DNA from: Betaproteobacteria bacterium
Lineage (GTDB): Bacteria; Pseudomonadota; Gammaproteobacteria; Burkholderiales; SG8-39
DNA: 64,000 nt
Assembly: GCA_005881595.1 (NCBI GenBank)
Contig: VBBY01000005.1
Location: forward strand, 18,673 to 82,672
Direction: 5' to 3'
Shown piece by piece: positions 21,297-31,973 of this stretch (the first letter of the stretch is position 1; the number at the start of each line of letters is the position of its first letter). Made by a program: the position numbers and the translations under genes. The notes under the pieces were generated by a model. The model was not told the origin of the DNA and did not search any database. It worked only from the letters and a program-made list of their open reading frames with translations.

Positions 21297-21327
21297 CGCA
21301 GCGAGCTCGGCGAGCCCGCTTGCTGCG
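21297..21327 (-). terminator. Hairpin after the surface-antigen gene, possible terminator
   Basis: 10-nt arms CGCAGCGAGC / GCTTGCTGCG (9/10 complementary) immediately after the stop codon; only a weak U-tract (AUUUCC). Confidence 0.35.
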
Positions 21328-21328
21328 G

Positions 21329-21796
21329 CTAAATCCTAAGCGCCCACTCGCCCTCGCCGCGGCGGCACGCGACACCGCGGATCATGTGCTGGCGCCCGTC
21401 GGCGGTGATCAGCGTGGTGAACTCCCGGCACGGCCGCTCGGTCTGCTGGAAGTCGCGCGTGGGCACCAGGCGATAGCTGACGCCGGTCGCCTTGTTGGTC
21501 CAGACCACGGTGCTCTTCACTACGGCCAGCTCGAGCGCATGGCCCCAGCAGCCGCGGTCGGCATCATCTAGCTGCGGGCGGATCTTCGTGCCGCTCATCA
21601 TTGCCACCGCGCCTTCCTGCTTCGCGGCCACGCTCTTGCTCACGGCAGCGGCGTCGCAGGTGCCGGCGATGACGCCGTAGTCCTTTGTCCACTTCTTGCC
21701 CGTGTAGCCGAGGTAGAAAGACGGATCGGCGAGGGCCGCGGGCGGCATGGAAACGAAGCCCAGCAGCGCAGCGAGCGCAATGCCTGTCTTCTTCAT
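21329..21796 (-). CDS. RT0821/Lpp0805 (17-kDa surface antigen) family exported protein
   Basis: Signal peptide MKKTG...ALA|D; LD.ADRGC.GHALE, V.W.N..TG, CREF, G.ACR...G.W. Confidence 0.8.
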   Translation of the reverse strand: MKKTGIALAALLGFVSMPPAALADPSFYLGYTGKKWTKDYGVIAGTCDAAAVSKSVAAKQEGAVAMMSGTKIRPQLDDADRGCWGHALELAVVKSTVVWTNKATGVSYRLVPTRDFQQTERPCREFTTLITADGRQHMIRGVACRRGEGEWALRI

Positions 21797-21911
21797 GGCA
21801 GCCCCCTTGATTGGAACTTCGTGGAGCGAGTCTAGACGCGCCGGGTCACGCCAGTCAGCGCAATATGTCACGTTGCCGTAGTCCAAATGATCCACGGTTA
21901 TAGTGGGCGGC

Positions 21912-24335
21912 ATGCTGCGCCTGCTGCTGCTCGGCTCTCATCGCCCGCGCGGCCGCGCGCTGCTCTCGGTCCTCGGCATCGCCCTCGGTGTCGCGCTCGG
22001 CTACGGCGTGTACCTGGTCAACCGCGCCGCGGTGGACGAGCTCGCCGCGGCGGTGCGCGGCCTCGCCGGCGAGGCGGACCTGGAAGTAAGGGGCGGGCGC
22101 GGCGGATTTCCGGACTCGCTCTATCCGGCCATCGCCAGGCTCCCCGGCGTCGCCTCGGCGAGCCCCGGGCTGGAGCTCGACGCCGGCCTGGCGGGCAGCG
22201 AGCGGACCATTCGGCTGATCGGCATCGATGCGCTGCGCGAGCGGCGGCCGGAGCTGCTGACGCCCGACAGGGTCCTCCTCTCGGCGGCCGCTGCCGAGCT
22301 CGCGAAAGGCGATCGGCTGCGGCTGGTCGTCGGGCACCGGACAGTCGAGCTGCAGGTCGGCGGGGTCGTGGACCTCAAAGGCGTGGAGGCGCTGACCGAC
22401 ATCGCCACCGCGCAGTGGCGGCTCGAGCGCCTCGGCCAGCTGAACCGCCTCGATGTGCGCCTGAAGCGCGGGGCCGACCGCGAGGCAGTGCGGCTGCGCA
22501 TCGCCGCCCTGCTGCCGCCCGGCGTTCACGTGGCTCCGGTGCAAGCGCTCGAGCAGGCGAGCAGCTATCCCTCGCGCGCCTACCGCGTGAACCTCGACGT
22601 GCTCGCCATGGTGGCGCTCTTCACGGGAGGCTTCCTGGTGTTCTCGGCGCAGGCCCTGCAGGTCGCGCGGCGCCGCGGCGAGCATGCGCTGCTGCGGGTG
22701 CTGGGATTGCGGCGGCGCGGCGTTTTGCAGCTGGTCTTGCTGGAGGCTGCCGCGCTCGGCGCAATCGGCGGCCTGGCCGGCCTTGGACTCGGCTATGCGC
22801 TGGCGCTTGCGGCGGTGCGCGCGTCGGGCGCTGACCTCGGCGCCGGGGTGTTCCGGGGTCTTTCACCCAAGCTGGATTTTTCCTTGATCCCTGCATGTTT
22901 TTATCTGGCCGCAGGAATCGCCGTGGCTGTAGCCGGAGCGCTGCTTCCGGCGCGAGACGCGGCGCGCCAGGCGCCGGCACAGGCGCTGAAGGCGGGCGAC
23001 GAGCAGCGCCTGTTCGCGCGGCTGTCGTCGCCCTGGCCCGGGCTGGCTTGCATCCTGGCTGGCGCCGCGCTGGCGCAGCTCGGACCGGTCGGCGGGCTGC
23101 CGATCTATGGCTACGCCGCCATCGGCTGCCTGCTCGTCGGCAGCATCGCGCTCATGCCGAGGCTCTCGCAGGCGGTGTTCGACGCGCTGCCTCTGCCGCG
23201 CTCGCCAGGCCTCGCGCTCGCGCTGGCCCAGCTGCGCGGCGCACCGGGGCAGGCGGCCGTGAGCCTCGCCGCGATCGTCGCCAGCTTCTCGCTGATGGCC
23301 GCGATGGCGATCATGGTCGCGTCGTTCCGGCAGTCCGTCGATGACTGGCTCAACACGGTGCTGCCGGCCGAGCTGTACTTGCGCACCAGCCATGCCGGCG
23401 ACACCGGCTACCTCGAGCCCGGGTTCGAGGCGCGCGTGCGCGCGCTGCCGCAGGTGGCGCGCGCCGACTTTCTGCGCTCGGGCCGCATCCTCCTCGATCC
23501 CTCTCGTCCGCCGCTCGTGCTGATCGCGCGCGATCGCGCCGAGAAGGCGTTTCCGAAAGTTGGCCGGCAGTATGCGCGCCGGGCGGGCGACCCTGCTGCG
23601 GTGTGGATCAGCGAGGCGGTCAGCGATCTGTACGGCTTTTCTCCGGGCCGGAAAATCCAGCTGCCCGTCAACGGCCAAAGCATCACGTTCGTGGTTGCGG
23701 GAGCGTTCCGCGATTACGCCCGCCAGCACGGCTCGGTTCTCATCGATCGCGCCGATTACGCCGCGCTCACCGGCGACCGGCGCGTGAACGACGCGGCGCT
23801 ATGGCTCACGCCGGGCGCGACGCCGGCCCAGGCGATGGACGCGATCCGCGCGCTGCCCGGAGCCGCCGGGGTCGACCTCGCCACGCCGGGGGAGATCCGG
23901 CAGCTGTCGCTGCGCATCTTCGACCGCAGCTTCGCCGTCACCTATGCGATGGAGGCCGTGGCGATGCTGGTCGGCCTGTTCGGGCTCTCGTCCAGCCTCG
24001 GCGCCATCGTGCTCGCGCGGCGGCGCGAGTTCGGCATGCTGCGCCACCTCGGCCTCACCCGTGCGCAGATCCGCGCCATGCTCGCCGCGGAAGGCGGGCT
24101 GCTCGCTCTGCTCGGCGCGCTCGCCGGCCTTGCGGCGGGAGCTGCCATCAGCCTGGTTCTGGTCTACGTGGTGAACCGCCAGTCGTTCAACTGGAGCATG
24201 GAGCTGCATCCACCGTACGGGTTGTTGGGTGTTTTGATTTTGATACTCGTCGGTCTTGCAGTCTTTACGGCGATTCTCTCCGGAAAGGAAGCGATGGGAA
24301 TCGGGCCGGTTCGAGCGGTGCGCGAGGACTGGTGA
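21912..24335 (+). CDS. ABC transporter permease, FtsX/MacB-like (AttF/AttG type)
   Basis: LSVLGIALGVAL, two RR.E.A.LR.LG repeats, SFRQSV.DWL, DRSFAVT, VNRQSFNWS. Confidence 0.88.
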   Translation: MLRLLLLGSHRPRGRALLSVLGIALGVALGYGVYLVNRAAVDELAAAVRGLAGEADLEVRGGRGGFPDSLYPAIARLPGVASASPGLELDAGLAGSERTIRLIGIDALRERRPELLTPDRVLLSAAAAELAKGDRLRLVVGHRTVELQVGGVVDLKGVEALTDIATAQWRLERLGQLNRLDVRLKRGADREAVRLRIAALLPPGVHVAPVQALEQASSYPSRAYRVNLDVLAMVALFTGGFLVFSAQALQVARRRGEHALLRVLGLRRRGVLQLVLLEAAALGAIGGLAGLGLGYALALAAVRASGADLGAGVFRGLSPKLDFSLIPACFYLAAGIAVAVAGALLPARDAARQAPAQALKAGDEQRLFARLSSPWPGLACILAGAALAQLGPVGGLPIYGYAAIGCLLVGSIALMPRLSQAVFDALPLPRSPGLALALAQLRGAPGQAAVSLAAIVASFSLMAAMAIMVASFRQSVDDWLNTVLPAELYLRTSHAGDTGYLEPGFEARVRALPQVARADFLRSGRILLDPSRPPLVLIARDRAEKAFPKVGRQYARRAGDPAAVWISEAVSDLYGFSPGRKIQLPVNGQSITFVVAGAFRDYARQHGSVLIDRADYAALTGDRRVNDAALWLTPGATPAQAMDAIRALPGAAGVDLATPGEIRQLSLRIFDRSFAVTYAMEAVAMLVGLFGLSSSLGAIVLARRREFGMLRHLGLTRAQIRAMLAAEGGLLALLGALAGLAAGAAISLVLVYVVNRQSFNWSMELHPPYGLLGVLILILVGLAVFTAILSGKEAMGIGPVRAVREDW

Positions 24336-25303
24336 AAAGAAGGGATTTCTTCAAGCTGCTCGCGCTGGCGGCGTATCCCAAGGTCGTTCCGCACCATCGC
24401 CTGCAGTTCCCGCGCGATCACGGCGCGCATCCCGAGTACCGCACCGAGTGGTGGTACGTCACCGGCTGGCTCGACGGGCCGATGGGCTTCCAGGTCACCT
24501 TCTTCCGCGCGCGGCCGCAGGAACAGTCCGACAACCCGAGCAGCTTCAATCCGCGCCAGGTATTGCTGGCCCACGCCGCCATCGCCGATCCGAAGCGCGG
24601 CCGCCTGATCCACGAGGAGCGCGCGGCGCGCGCCGGTTTCACGCTCGCGCACGCCGAGACCGGGCGCACCGGCGTCTGGATCGACGACTGGCGGCTGGTG
24701 CTCGAGGGGGACAAGTACCACTCGCAGATCGCAGCGCGCGAGTTCGACCTGGACTTGACGTTTTTCACTTCCGATCGCCCTTTATTGCAGGGCGAGGCGG
24801 GCTTCAGCCGAAAGGGTCATCGTCCCGAGGAAGCCAGCTACTACTACAGCCGGCCCCACCTGCACGTCGCCGGCAGCGTCAACGGCAGGCAGATCGACGG
24901 AGCCGCCTGGCTCGACCACGAATGGTCGAGCGCCTACCTCGCCCCCGAGGCCGCCGGCTGGGACTGGACCGGGATCAACCTGTTCGACGGCGGCTCGCTG
25001 ACGGCGTTCCGCATGCGCGGGAAAAAGGACGGCGTGCATTACGCGCCGCCGGGCGTGTCGTTCGAGCCGGTCCGCCTGTGGAAATCGCCGCGCACTGGAG
25101 TGGAATACCCAGTGTCTATGAAAGTAAAAAATGGAAACACCGAGTTACTGCTCGAACCGTTGATGGATGACCAGGAGCTCGACGCTCGCACGAGCGCGGG
25201 GACGATCTACTGGGAAGGCGCGGTGCGCGCTTTCGACGGCAGGAACGAAGTCGGCCGCGGCTACCTGGAGCTCACCGGGTACTGGCGGCCCATGTCCCTG
25301 TGA
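24332..25303 (+). CDS. AttH/CrtC-like lipocalin-fold secreted hydrolase
   Basis: MKRRDFF Tat-like start; FPRDHGAHP..RTEWWY, SYYYS.P, AWLDHEWS, GWDW, YWEG, GYLELTGY. Confidence 0.88.
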   Translation: MKRRDFFKLLALAAYPKVVPHHRLQFPRDHGAHPEYRTEWWYVTGWLDGPMGFQVTFFRARPQEQSDNPSSFNPRQVLLAHAAIADPKRGRLIHEERAARAGFTLAHAETGRTGVWIDDWRLVLEGDKYHSQIAAREFDLDLTFFTSDRPLLQGEAGFSRKGHRPEEASYYYSRPHLHVAGSVNGRQIDGAAWLDHEWSSAYLAPEAAGWDWTGINLFDGGSLTAFRMRGKKDGVHYAPPGVSFEPVRLWKSPRTGVEYPVSMKVKNGNTELLLEPLMDDQELDARTSAGTIYWEGAVRAFDGRNEVGRGYLELTGYWRPMSL

Positions 25304-26135
25304 GAATGAGGCCGATGCCGGCGAAGTGGTACCAGCCCGGCAGCTCGCCGAGGAACAGCGCCGAAAGCGCCACTCCCATCGCCGGCATCAGGTGCAGCGT
25401 CGCGCCGGCCCGGGCTGCGCCGAGGCGCGTCACCACGTAGCTCCACCCGGCATATGCGAGGAGCAGCGAGCCGATCCCCGAGTAGAGCACCGCGAGCGTA
25501 CCCTGCGCTGTCAACCGCATGTCATAAGCCGTGGTTTCCCATGCCAGCCAGGGAAGCATGTAGACCAGGCCGAAACCGCACACCATGGTGAGAAGCTCGG
25601 CGATGTCGAGCGGATCGCGCCTCACGCGCAGCAGCACGGTGTAGCCGGCCCACATCAGCATCGACGCGACCGCCATCAGGTCGCCGATGTTGAACGCAAC
25701 CAGGTGGACCTTGCCCTGCGTGGCGATCAACGCCACGCCGCTGAACGAGATCATCACGCCGGCCCATTGCGCGAGGCGGATGCGCTCGCCGAGCGGCGCG
25801 GCGAGCAGCAGGATGAAGATCGGCGTGACGGAAAGGTACAGGATGCCGCTCGTCGCCGTGGTGTAGTGCAGGCCGAGCCACTGCAGCGCGAGGTGCGGGC
25901 CGCCGCCGGCGAGGCCGAGGGATGCAAGCACGATCCAATCGCGCCGTTTCGTCAGAGGGAGCTTGCCGGTCAGACCCTTGAACGTGAACGGCAGCAGAAT
26001 CGCCAGCACCAGGATCAGGCGCCCGACGGTGGCGAGCGCCGGGCCGATCTCCTCGCGCGCCGCGCGCGCGACGATCCAGTTGCCGGACCACAGCAGCAGC
26101 GTGGCGAAGAGGACGAGCCAGGCAGCGAAACGCAT
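25272..26135 (-). CDS. DMT/EamA family transporter
   Basis: LLWSGNWI, about 10 TM helices, duplicated halves, LGE motifs. Confidence 0.88.
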   Translation of the reverse strand: MRFAAWLVLFATLLLWSGNWIVARAAREEIGPALATVGRLILVLAILLPFTFKGLTGKLPLTKRRDWIVLASLGLAGGGPHLALQWLGLHYTTATSGILYLSVTPIFILLLAAPLGERIRLAQWAGVMISFSGVALIATQGKVHLVAFNIGDLMAVASMLMWAGYTVLLRVRRDPLDIAELLTMVCGFGLVYMLPWLAWETTAYDMRLTAQGTLAVLYSGIGSLLLAYAGWSYVVTRLGAARAGATLHLMPAMGVALSALFLGELPGWYHFAGIGLILTGTWAASTR

Positions 26136-26171
26136 GCGCAGGCGATTATCGCCTGCATGCTAAGCTCGACC

Positions 26172-26939
26172 ATGCCTCGCGTAACGGCCGCGGGCCGCTC
26201 GCTCGAGTATGAATGGGTCGGGACACAGCGGAGCGGCAGGCCGGTGCTGGTGTTCCTGCACGAAGGTCTCGGCTCGATCCGGCAGTGGCGCGACTTCCCG
26301 CAAAACGTGGCCCAAGCCCTCGGCTGCGGCGCGCTCGTCTACGACCGCTATGGCTACGGGCAGTCCGACGTGCTGCAGGAACCCAGACGCAGCGTGCGAT
26401 TCATGCACGACGAAGCCCTGCTTTCCCTGCCCGAAGTTCTTTCCCGCCTGAGAGTCGAAAATCCCGTCCTGGTCGGCCACTCCGACGGCGCTTCCATTTC
26501 CCTGATCCATGCAGGAGCCGGGCACAAGGTGAAGGCCGTGGTGGCGATGGCGCCGCACGTGTTCGTCGAGGAGATCTGCATTCGCTCGATCGTCGGGGCC
26601 GCGCGCGCTTTTGAAGCCACCGAGCTGCCGGACAAGCTCGGGCGCTACCACCGCGACGCGAAGAAAACCTTCTACGGCTGGGCCGACGTCTGGCGCGATC
26701 CCGAGTTCACGCGCTGGGACATCACCGAATACCTTCCCCGGATCGGCTGCCCGGTGCTGGCGATTCAGGGCCGCGGCGACGAGTACGGCACGATGGCGCA
26801 GCTCGACGCGATCGAGCAGCGGGCAGGCGGCCCCTGCGAGGTGATGAAGCTCACCGACTGCGGGCACGCTCCGTTCCGGGATCAGCCGGAGAAGACGCTC
26901 TCAGCCGTCACCGCGTTCCTCGACAGGCTGAAAGCATGA
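26172..26939 (+). CDS. Alpha/beta hydrolase
   Basis: FLHEGLGS, YDR.GYG.S, nucleophile GHSDG, IQG..DEYG, CGH.P. Confidence 0.9.
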   Translation: MPRVTAAGRSLEYEWVGTQRSGRPVLVFLHEGLGSIRQWRDFPQNVAQALGCGALVYDRYGYGQSDVLQEPRRSVRFMHDEALLSLPEVLSRLRVENPVLVGHSDGASISLIHAGAGHKVKAVVAMAPHVFVEEICIRSIVGAARAFEATELPDKLGRYHRDAKKTFYGWADVWRDPEFTRWDITEYLPRIGCPVLAIQGRGDEYGTMAQLDAIEQRAGGPCEVMKLTDCGHAPFRDQPEKTLSAVTAFLDRLKA

Positions 26940-28129
26940 ATCGCAACGATCCGCTCGTCATCTCGCTCATCGCCCTCGGCCACGCGACCAGCCACTTCAT
27001 GCAGCTCGTGCTGCCGCCGCTCTTTCCGTTGATGCGCGAGGAGCTCGGCGTGACGTATGCGACGCTCGGCATGGTGGCGGCGGTGTTCTACGCCGTCTCG
27101 GCGCTGCTCCAGCCCCTCGCGGGGTTCGTCGTCGACCGCTACGGCGGCCGCGGCGTGCTGCTCGGCGGCATCACGCTAATGAGCCTCGGCACGGCGTTGA
27201 TGAGCCTCGCGCACGGTCCCGGCCTGCTGCTGCTGGGCGCGTCTCTCTCGGGACTGGGCAACAGCGTATTCCATCCGGCCGATTTTGCGATCCTGAACGG
27301 CCGCGTGAGCCCGCCGCGGCTCGGCTATGCCTTCAGCGCGCACGGCGTGGCCGGCTCGCTCGGCTTCGCCATCGCGCCGGTGTTCAGCGCCACGCTGGCG
27401 AGCCTCTTCGACTGGCACACAGCGCTGCTTGCCGGGGCCGGGGTGGCGTGCGCCGTGTTTCTGCTTTTGCTGCTCAACATGAATCAGCTCGCTTTCGTGC
27501 ATGAAAAGCGCAGCCAGGTGAAAACCCCATTCATGAACGACGCCCGCGTGCTGCTGTCAGGGCGCGTGGTGGCGTGCTTCCTGTTCTTCGCGCTGCACGC
27601 CGCGGCGCTCACCGGCCTGATGAGTTTCGGGGTCGCGGCGATGAACGAGCAGTTCGGCGTCGCCGCCACCCTGGCGTCCACCGCGGTCGCGGCGTACATG
27701 GTGGGCTCCGCGGGCGGCATGCTCCTCGGCGGGTTCGTCGCGTCGCGCGCTTCCCGTCCCGACTTCGTGGCGGCCGCCGGCATGGTGATCTCGGCGTGCG
27801 TGATGCTGAGCGTCGCGGCAGGCGCGATTCCGGGAGCAGGGCTGCCCGCGGCGTTGGCGGCCGCCGGCATCGCGGTCGGCCTGACCTATCCGTCGCGCGA
27901 CCTGATCGTGCGCGCCGCGACGCCGCCGGGTGCGACGGGGCGGGTGTACGGCTTCGTGTATTCCGGGCTCGACGTCGGGTCGTTCGCGACGCCGGTGTTC
28001 TATGGCTGGCTGATGGATCACAGCCTGCCGCACGGCGTGTTCTACGCGATCTTCGGCTTCACGCTGCTCGCGATGTTTACGGTATTGCAGTTGCCGGGCC
28101 GCAGGCCCGCTGCTATTCAGCGTATCTGA
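26936..28129 (+). CDS. MFS transporter (Fsr-like)
   Basis: GH..SH, G.VVDRYG motif A, GNSVFHP; about 12 TM helices. Confidence 0.9.
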   Translation: MNRNDPLVISLIALGHATSHFMQLVLPPLFPLMREELGVTYATLGMVAAVFYAVSALLQPLAGFVVDRYGGRGVLLGGITLMSLGTALMSLAHGPGLLLLGASLSGLGNSVFHPADFAILNGRVSPPRLGYAFSAHGVAGSLGFAIAPVFSATLASLFDWHTALLAGAGVACAVFLLLLLNMNQLAFVHEKRSQVKTPFMNDARVLLSGRVVACFLFFALHAAALTGLMSFGVAAMNEQFGVAATLASTAVAAYMVGSAGGMLLGGFVASRASRPDFVAAAGMVISACVMLSVAAGAIPGAGLPAALAAAGIAVGLTYPSRDLIVRAATPPGATGRVYGFVYSGLDVGSFATPVFYGWLMDHSLPHGVFYAIFGFTLLAMFTVLQLPGRRPAAIQRI

Positions 28130-28892
28130 TCCCGCGGCGTTCGAGCATGCGCAGGAGCGCGGGCCAGTCCTTCTGCTGCGCCGGGCGGCTCTCGCGGCTG
28201 AACTGCTGCGCCGCGGTGTCCGCCGCCGCCTGCGACATCAGCTGCACGTTGTGCAGGCCGCCGGCCATCGCGTCGATCTGGATCTGGCAGGCGCAGTCGA
28301 GGTAGTACATCAGCTCGAACGCCTCGCGCACGGTCTCGCCGAGCGTGAGCAGGCCGTGGTTGCGCAGGATCATCGCCTTGGCGGTCTTGCCGAGGTCGCG
28401 CGCCATGCGGCTGCGCTCATCCATCTCGAGCGCGATGCCCTCGTAGTCGTGGTAGGCGACCTGCTGCTGCACCATCATCGCGTGCTGGCTGATGGGCAGC
28501 AGGCCGCACTTGTGCGCCGACACCGCCACGCCGGCACGCGTGTGGGTGTGGAGCACGCAGTTGATCTCGGGGCGCGCCTCGTGCATGCAGCCGTGGATCA
28601 CGAAGCCGGCCTCGTTGTAGCCCAGGCCCGTCGGATCGTCCAGCACCTTGCCGTGCGGATCGACCTTCACCAGGTTCGACGCGGTGATCTCGTCGAACAT
28701 CAGCCCGTAGGGATTGACTAGGAAGTCCTCGGCACCGGGCACGCGCGCAGAGAAGTGCGTGTAGATGAGGTCGGTCCACTTGAAGATCGCCGCGAGCTGA
28801 TAGGCGGCGGCCAGATCGACGCGCACGTCCCACTCTTCCTTGCTGACGCGCTCGCGCAGGGGGGTGGACTTGAACTGCAGGTTGGCGGCCAT
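28113..28892 (-). CDS. Class II aldolase/adducin family protein
   Basis: THFSARVPG, NPYGL.F.EITAS, AGFVIH, HTH, ILRNHG. Confidence 0.92.
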   Translation of the reverse strand: MAANLQFKSTPLRERVSKEEWDVRVDLAAAYQLAAIFKWTDLIYTHFSARVPGAEDFLVNPYGLMFDEITASNLVKVDPHGKVLDDPTGLGYNEAGFVIHGCMHEARPEINCVLHTHTRAGVAVSAHKCGLLPISQHAMMVQQQVAYHDYEGIALEMDERSRMARDLGKTAKAMILRNHGLLTLGETVREAFELMYYLDCACQIQIDAMAGGLHNVQLMSQAAADTAAQQFSRESRPAQQKDWPALLRMLERRGIRYAE

Positions 28893-28905
28893 GGGGCTCT
28901 CCGGT

Positions 28906-29835
28906 TCAGGCGGCAATCATAACCCGGCTTTCGACGGCGTCCAGCGCATCGAGAAGCAGGCCGGGATGGTTCTGCTTTAACAGGGCGGAATCCGAAAGCA
29001 GGCGCCGCCACAGCCTCGCGCGCGGGTGGCCGTGATAGAGCCCGAGCATGTGGCGCGTGACCTGCCGCAGGGAGGCGACGGTTTTCGCATAGCCGGCCAT
29101 CCTCTTCACTACGTCTGCGCGCGTTTTCCCCGCATCGGCGAGCAGCCAGGGATTGTGATACGCGGCCCGGCCGAGCATTACCCCGTCCACGTGCGCCAGA
29201 TGCTCCTCGATTTGCTGCCTGGAGGTGATGCCGCCGTTGATCACGATTTCGAGCTGCGGAAAGTCCTGCTTCAGCCGATAGACGTATTCGTACTTGAGCG
29301 GCGGCACCTCGCGGTTCTCCTTCGGCGAGAGGCCCTTAAGGATGGCATTGCGCGCGTGCACGATGAAGGTCTCGCAGCCCGCCGCGGCGACCGTGGCGAC
29401 GAAGTTCCTGAGAAAAGCGTAATCCTCGATCCGGTCGACGCCGGTTCGATGCTTCACCGTGACCGGAATGCCGGCTTCCTGCCTGATTCTCGAAACGCAT
29501 TCTGCGACCAGCGCGGGCTCGGCCATCAGGCAGGCGCCGAAAGCGCCTTTCTGCACCCGCTCGCTCGGGCAGCCGATGTTGAGGTTGATCTCATCGTAGC
29601 CGTAGTCCGCGCCGAGCTTCGCGCAGCGGGCGAGATCCTCGGGGTCGCTGCCTCCGAGCTGCAGGCCGACCGGGTGCTCCGCGCGATCGAAAGCCAGATG
29701 CTGCTCGACGTCGCCGTGGATCAGCGCGCCGCAGGTGATCATCTCGGTATAGAGCCGGGCGCGCGAGCAGACCTGCCTGAGGAAGTACCGGCAGTGGCGG
29801 TCGGTGAGATCCATCATCGGCGCAACGAGAATCAT
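28906..29835 (-). CDS. dusA: tRNA-dihydrouridine(20/20a) synthase
   Basis: APMMD.TDRH.R, YTEM, QLGG, NLN.GCPS.RVQ.G.FGACLM, VHAR, NGG. Confidence 0.93.
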   Translation of the reverse strand: MILVAPMMDLTDRHCRYFLRQVCSRARLYTEMITCGALIHGDVEQHLAFDRAEHPVGLQLGGSDPEDLARCAKLGADYGYDEINLNIGCPSERVQKGAFGACLMAEPALVAECVSRIRQEAGIPVTVKHRTGVDRIEDYAFLRNFVATVAAAGCETFIVHARNAILKGLSPKENREVPPLKYEYVYRLKQDFPQLEIVINGGITSRQQIEEHLAHVDGVMLGRAAYHNPWLLADAGKTRADVVKRMAGYAKTVASLRQVTRHMLGLYHGHPRARLWRRLLSDSALLKQNHPGLLLDALDAVESRVMIAA

Positions 29836-30809
29836 CGATATTGTCCCGAAGCCGCAGCGCGCGCCCGGATCAGGCCGAACAGGCTCTCGGTAAACGGCGC
29901 GCTCACATCAGCTTTCTTCGCGATCTCGAGGGTGCCCGCCAGCAGGCCGTCGATCTCGAGGGGCTTGCCCGCCTCCATGTCCTGCAGCATGGAGGTCTTG
30001 AACTTGCCGAGGTGGCGGGCCATGTCGATGCGCGCCTCGGGGTCGATGTCGGCGTCGACGCCGACTGCGCGGCCGATGGCGAGCACCTCGCGAATGACCT
30101 GCACCATGTAGGCCTTGATCTCCGGGTCCTCGATCAGCCGGTCGGCCGTCGTCATGGTCAGCGCCGACACCGGGTTGAAGCTGACGTTGCCCAGCAGCTT
30201 CACCCAGAACTCCTTTTCGATGAACTCGCTCGTCACGGCCTCGAACCCGGCCGCGGCCAGCGCCTCGGCGATGCGCCGGGTGCGGGCGGTGTTCGTGCCG
30301 CCGGGCTCGCCGAGGATCAGGCGCCTGCCCATGTTGTGGCTGATGAGCCCCGGCTCGGGAGTCGAGGCGGCGAGGTGGATCACGCAGCCGACGATGCGGC
30401 CGGTCGGCATGGCGCGCGAGAGCTTGCCGCCGGGATCGAGCGACTCCAGGCGCTCGCGGCCGTTGCCGAATTTCAGGCGGTCGAAAAACCACCACGGCAC
30501 GCCGTTCATTGCCGTGACGACCGAGGTGTCTTTGTCGAGCAGAGGTGAAATCGATTCGGCGACGTGCGTAAGGCTTTGCGCCTTCACCGTGACTAATACG
30601 TAGTCCTGCGTTCCGAGCTTCGCCGGGTCGGCTTCGGCCTTGATCCGGAAGGATTCGACCTCACCTTTGCTGCGCACGCGCAGGCCATGGCGCTGGATGG
30701 CCTGGAGTTGAGCGCCGCGCGCGACGACCGAGACGCCCTGGCCGGAACGCGCGAGCCATGCCGCGATCAAACCACCGATGGCGCCGGCGCCGTAGACGCA
30801 AATGCGCAT
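29832..30809 (-). CDS. 2-dehydropantoate 2-reductase family (KPR/PanE-like)
   Basis: GAGAIGG, VKA, NGVPWW, W.KL.GN, KTSMLQD...GKPLE. Confidence 0.88.
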   Translation of the reverse strand: MRICVYGAGAIGGLIAAWLARSGQGVSVVARGAQLQAIQRHGLRVRSKGEVESFRIKAEADPAKLGTQDYVLVTVKAQSLTHVAESISPLLDKDTSVVTAMNGVPWWFFDRLKFGNGRERLESLDPGGKLSRAMPTGRIVGCVIHLAASTPEPGLISHNMGRRLILGEPGGTNTARTRRIAEALAAAGFEAVTSEFIEKEFWVKLLGNVSFNPVSALTMTTADRLIEDPEIKAYMVQVIREVLAIGRAVGVDADIDPEARIDMARHLGKFKTSMLQDMEAGKPLEIDGLLAGTLEIAKKADVSAPFTESLFGLIRARAAASGQYR

Positions 30810-30811
30810 GG

Positions 30812-30821
30812 TGCTATTCTA
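30812..30821. promoter_or_regulatory. Overlapping divergent -10 elements (bidirectional promoter) between the KPR gene and msrA
   Basis: + strand TG-C-TATTCT (30812-30820); - strand TAGAAT (30821-30816), 6 nt before the KPR ATG. Confidence 0.5.
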
Positions 30822-30862
30822 GGGAAAACAGGGACAGACCACGTTTTCGAGGAGTCATGCAG

Positions 30863-31515
30863 ATGTTCTCGTTCAGGAAGAAGATGACCCAGCTGCTGCC
30901 ATCGCAAAGCACGCTTCCGGGCCGCTCGACGCCGCTGCAGGTCCCGGCCGAGCATTTCGTGAATCGGCATGCGCTGAAGCCGCCGTTTCCAGAAGGCCTG
31001 CAGCGCGCCGTGTTCGGCATGGGCTGCTTCTGGGGCGCCGAGCGCCTGTTCTGGAAGACCCCCGGCGTGTACTCGACCGCAGTCGGCTACTCCGGCGGCG
31101 AGACGCAGAACCCGACCTACGAGGAAGTGTGCTCGGGATTGACCAACCACGCCGAAGTGGTGCTGGTGGTCTTTGACCCGAAGATCGTGAGCTACGACGA
31201 GCTGCTCAGGGTTTTCTGGGAAGGCCACGACCCGACGCAGGGCATGCGCCAGGGCAACGATGCCGGCACGCAGTACCGCTCGGCCATCTATACATATGGT
31301 GCGGAGCATTTGAAAGCCGCGCTTTCCTCACGCGATCGTTTTCAGGAATCCCTGGAAAAGGCAGGATACGGCGCAATCAGCACCGAGATCCGCGAGGCGC
31401 CCGAGTTCTACTACGCCGAGGACTATCACCAGCAGTACCTCGCCAAGAATCCCGCGGGCTACTGCGGCCTCGGCGGCACCGGCGTGTCCTGCCCGGTTGG
31501 AGTCCTCGCCAAGGC

Positions 31516-31519
<4 letters not shown>
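30863..31519 (+). CDS. msrA: Peptide-methionine (S)-S-oxide reductase
   Basis: [34 protein letters not shown]; SD GAGGAG. Confidence 0.96.
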
Positions 31520-31881
<362 letters not shown>

Positions 31882-31973
31882 AGTCCGCCGAAGTGTGCCG
31901 TATGTAGAGCACTTAGCCGCTGTGCCGCAGGACCGCTAGCAAAAAATGCGTCATTGCATGTAGCCTATTACCC

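Noticed and set aside
24332-25303. Carotenoid 1,2-hydratase implying carotenoid biosynthesis
   Set aside because: No crt genes nearby; coupling to an FtsX-type permease indicates the AttH-like branch of the family
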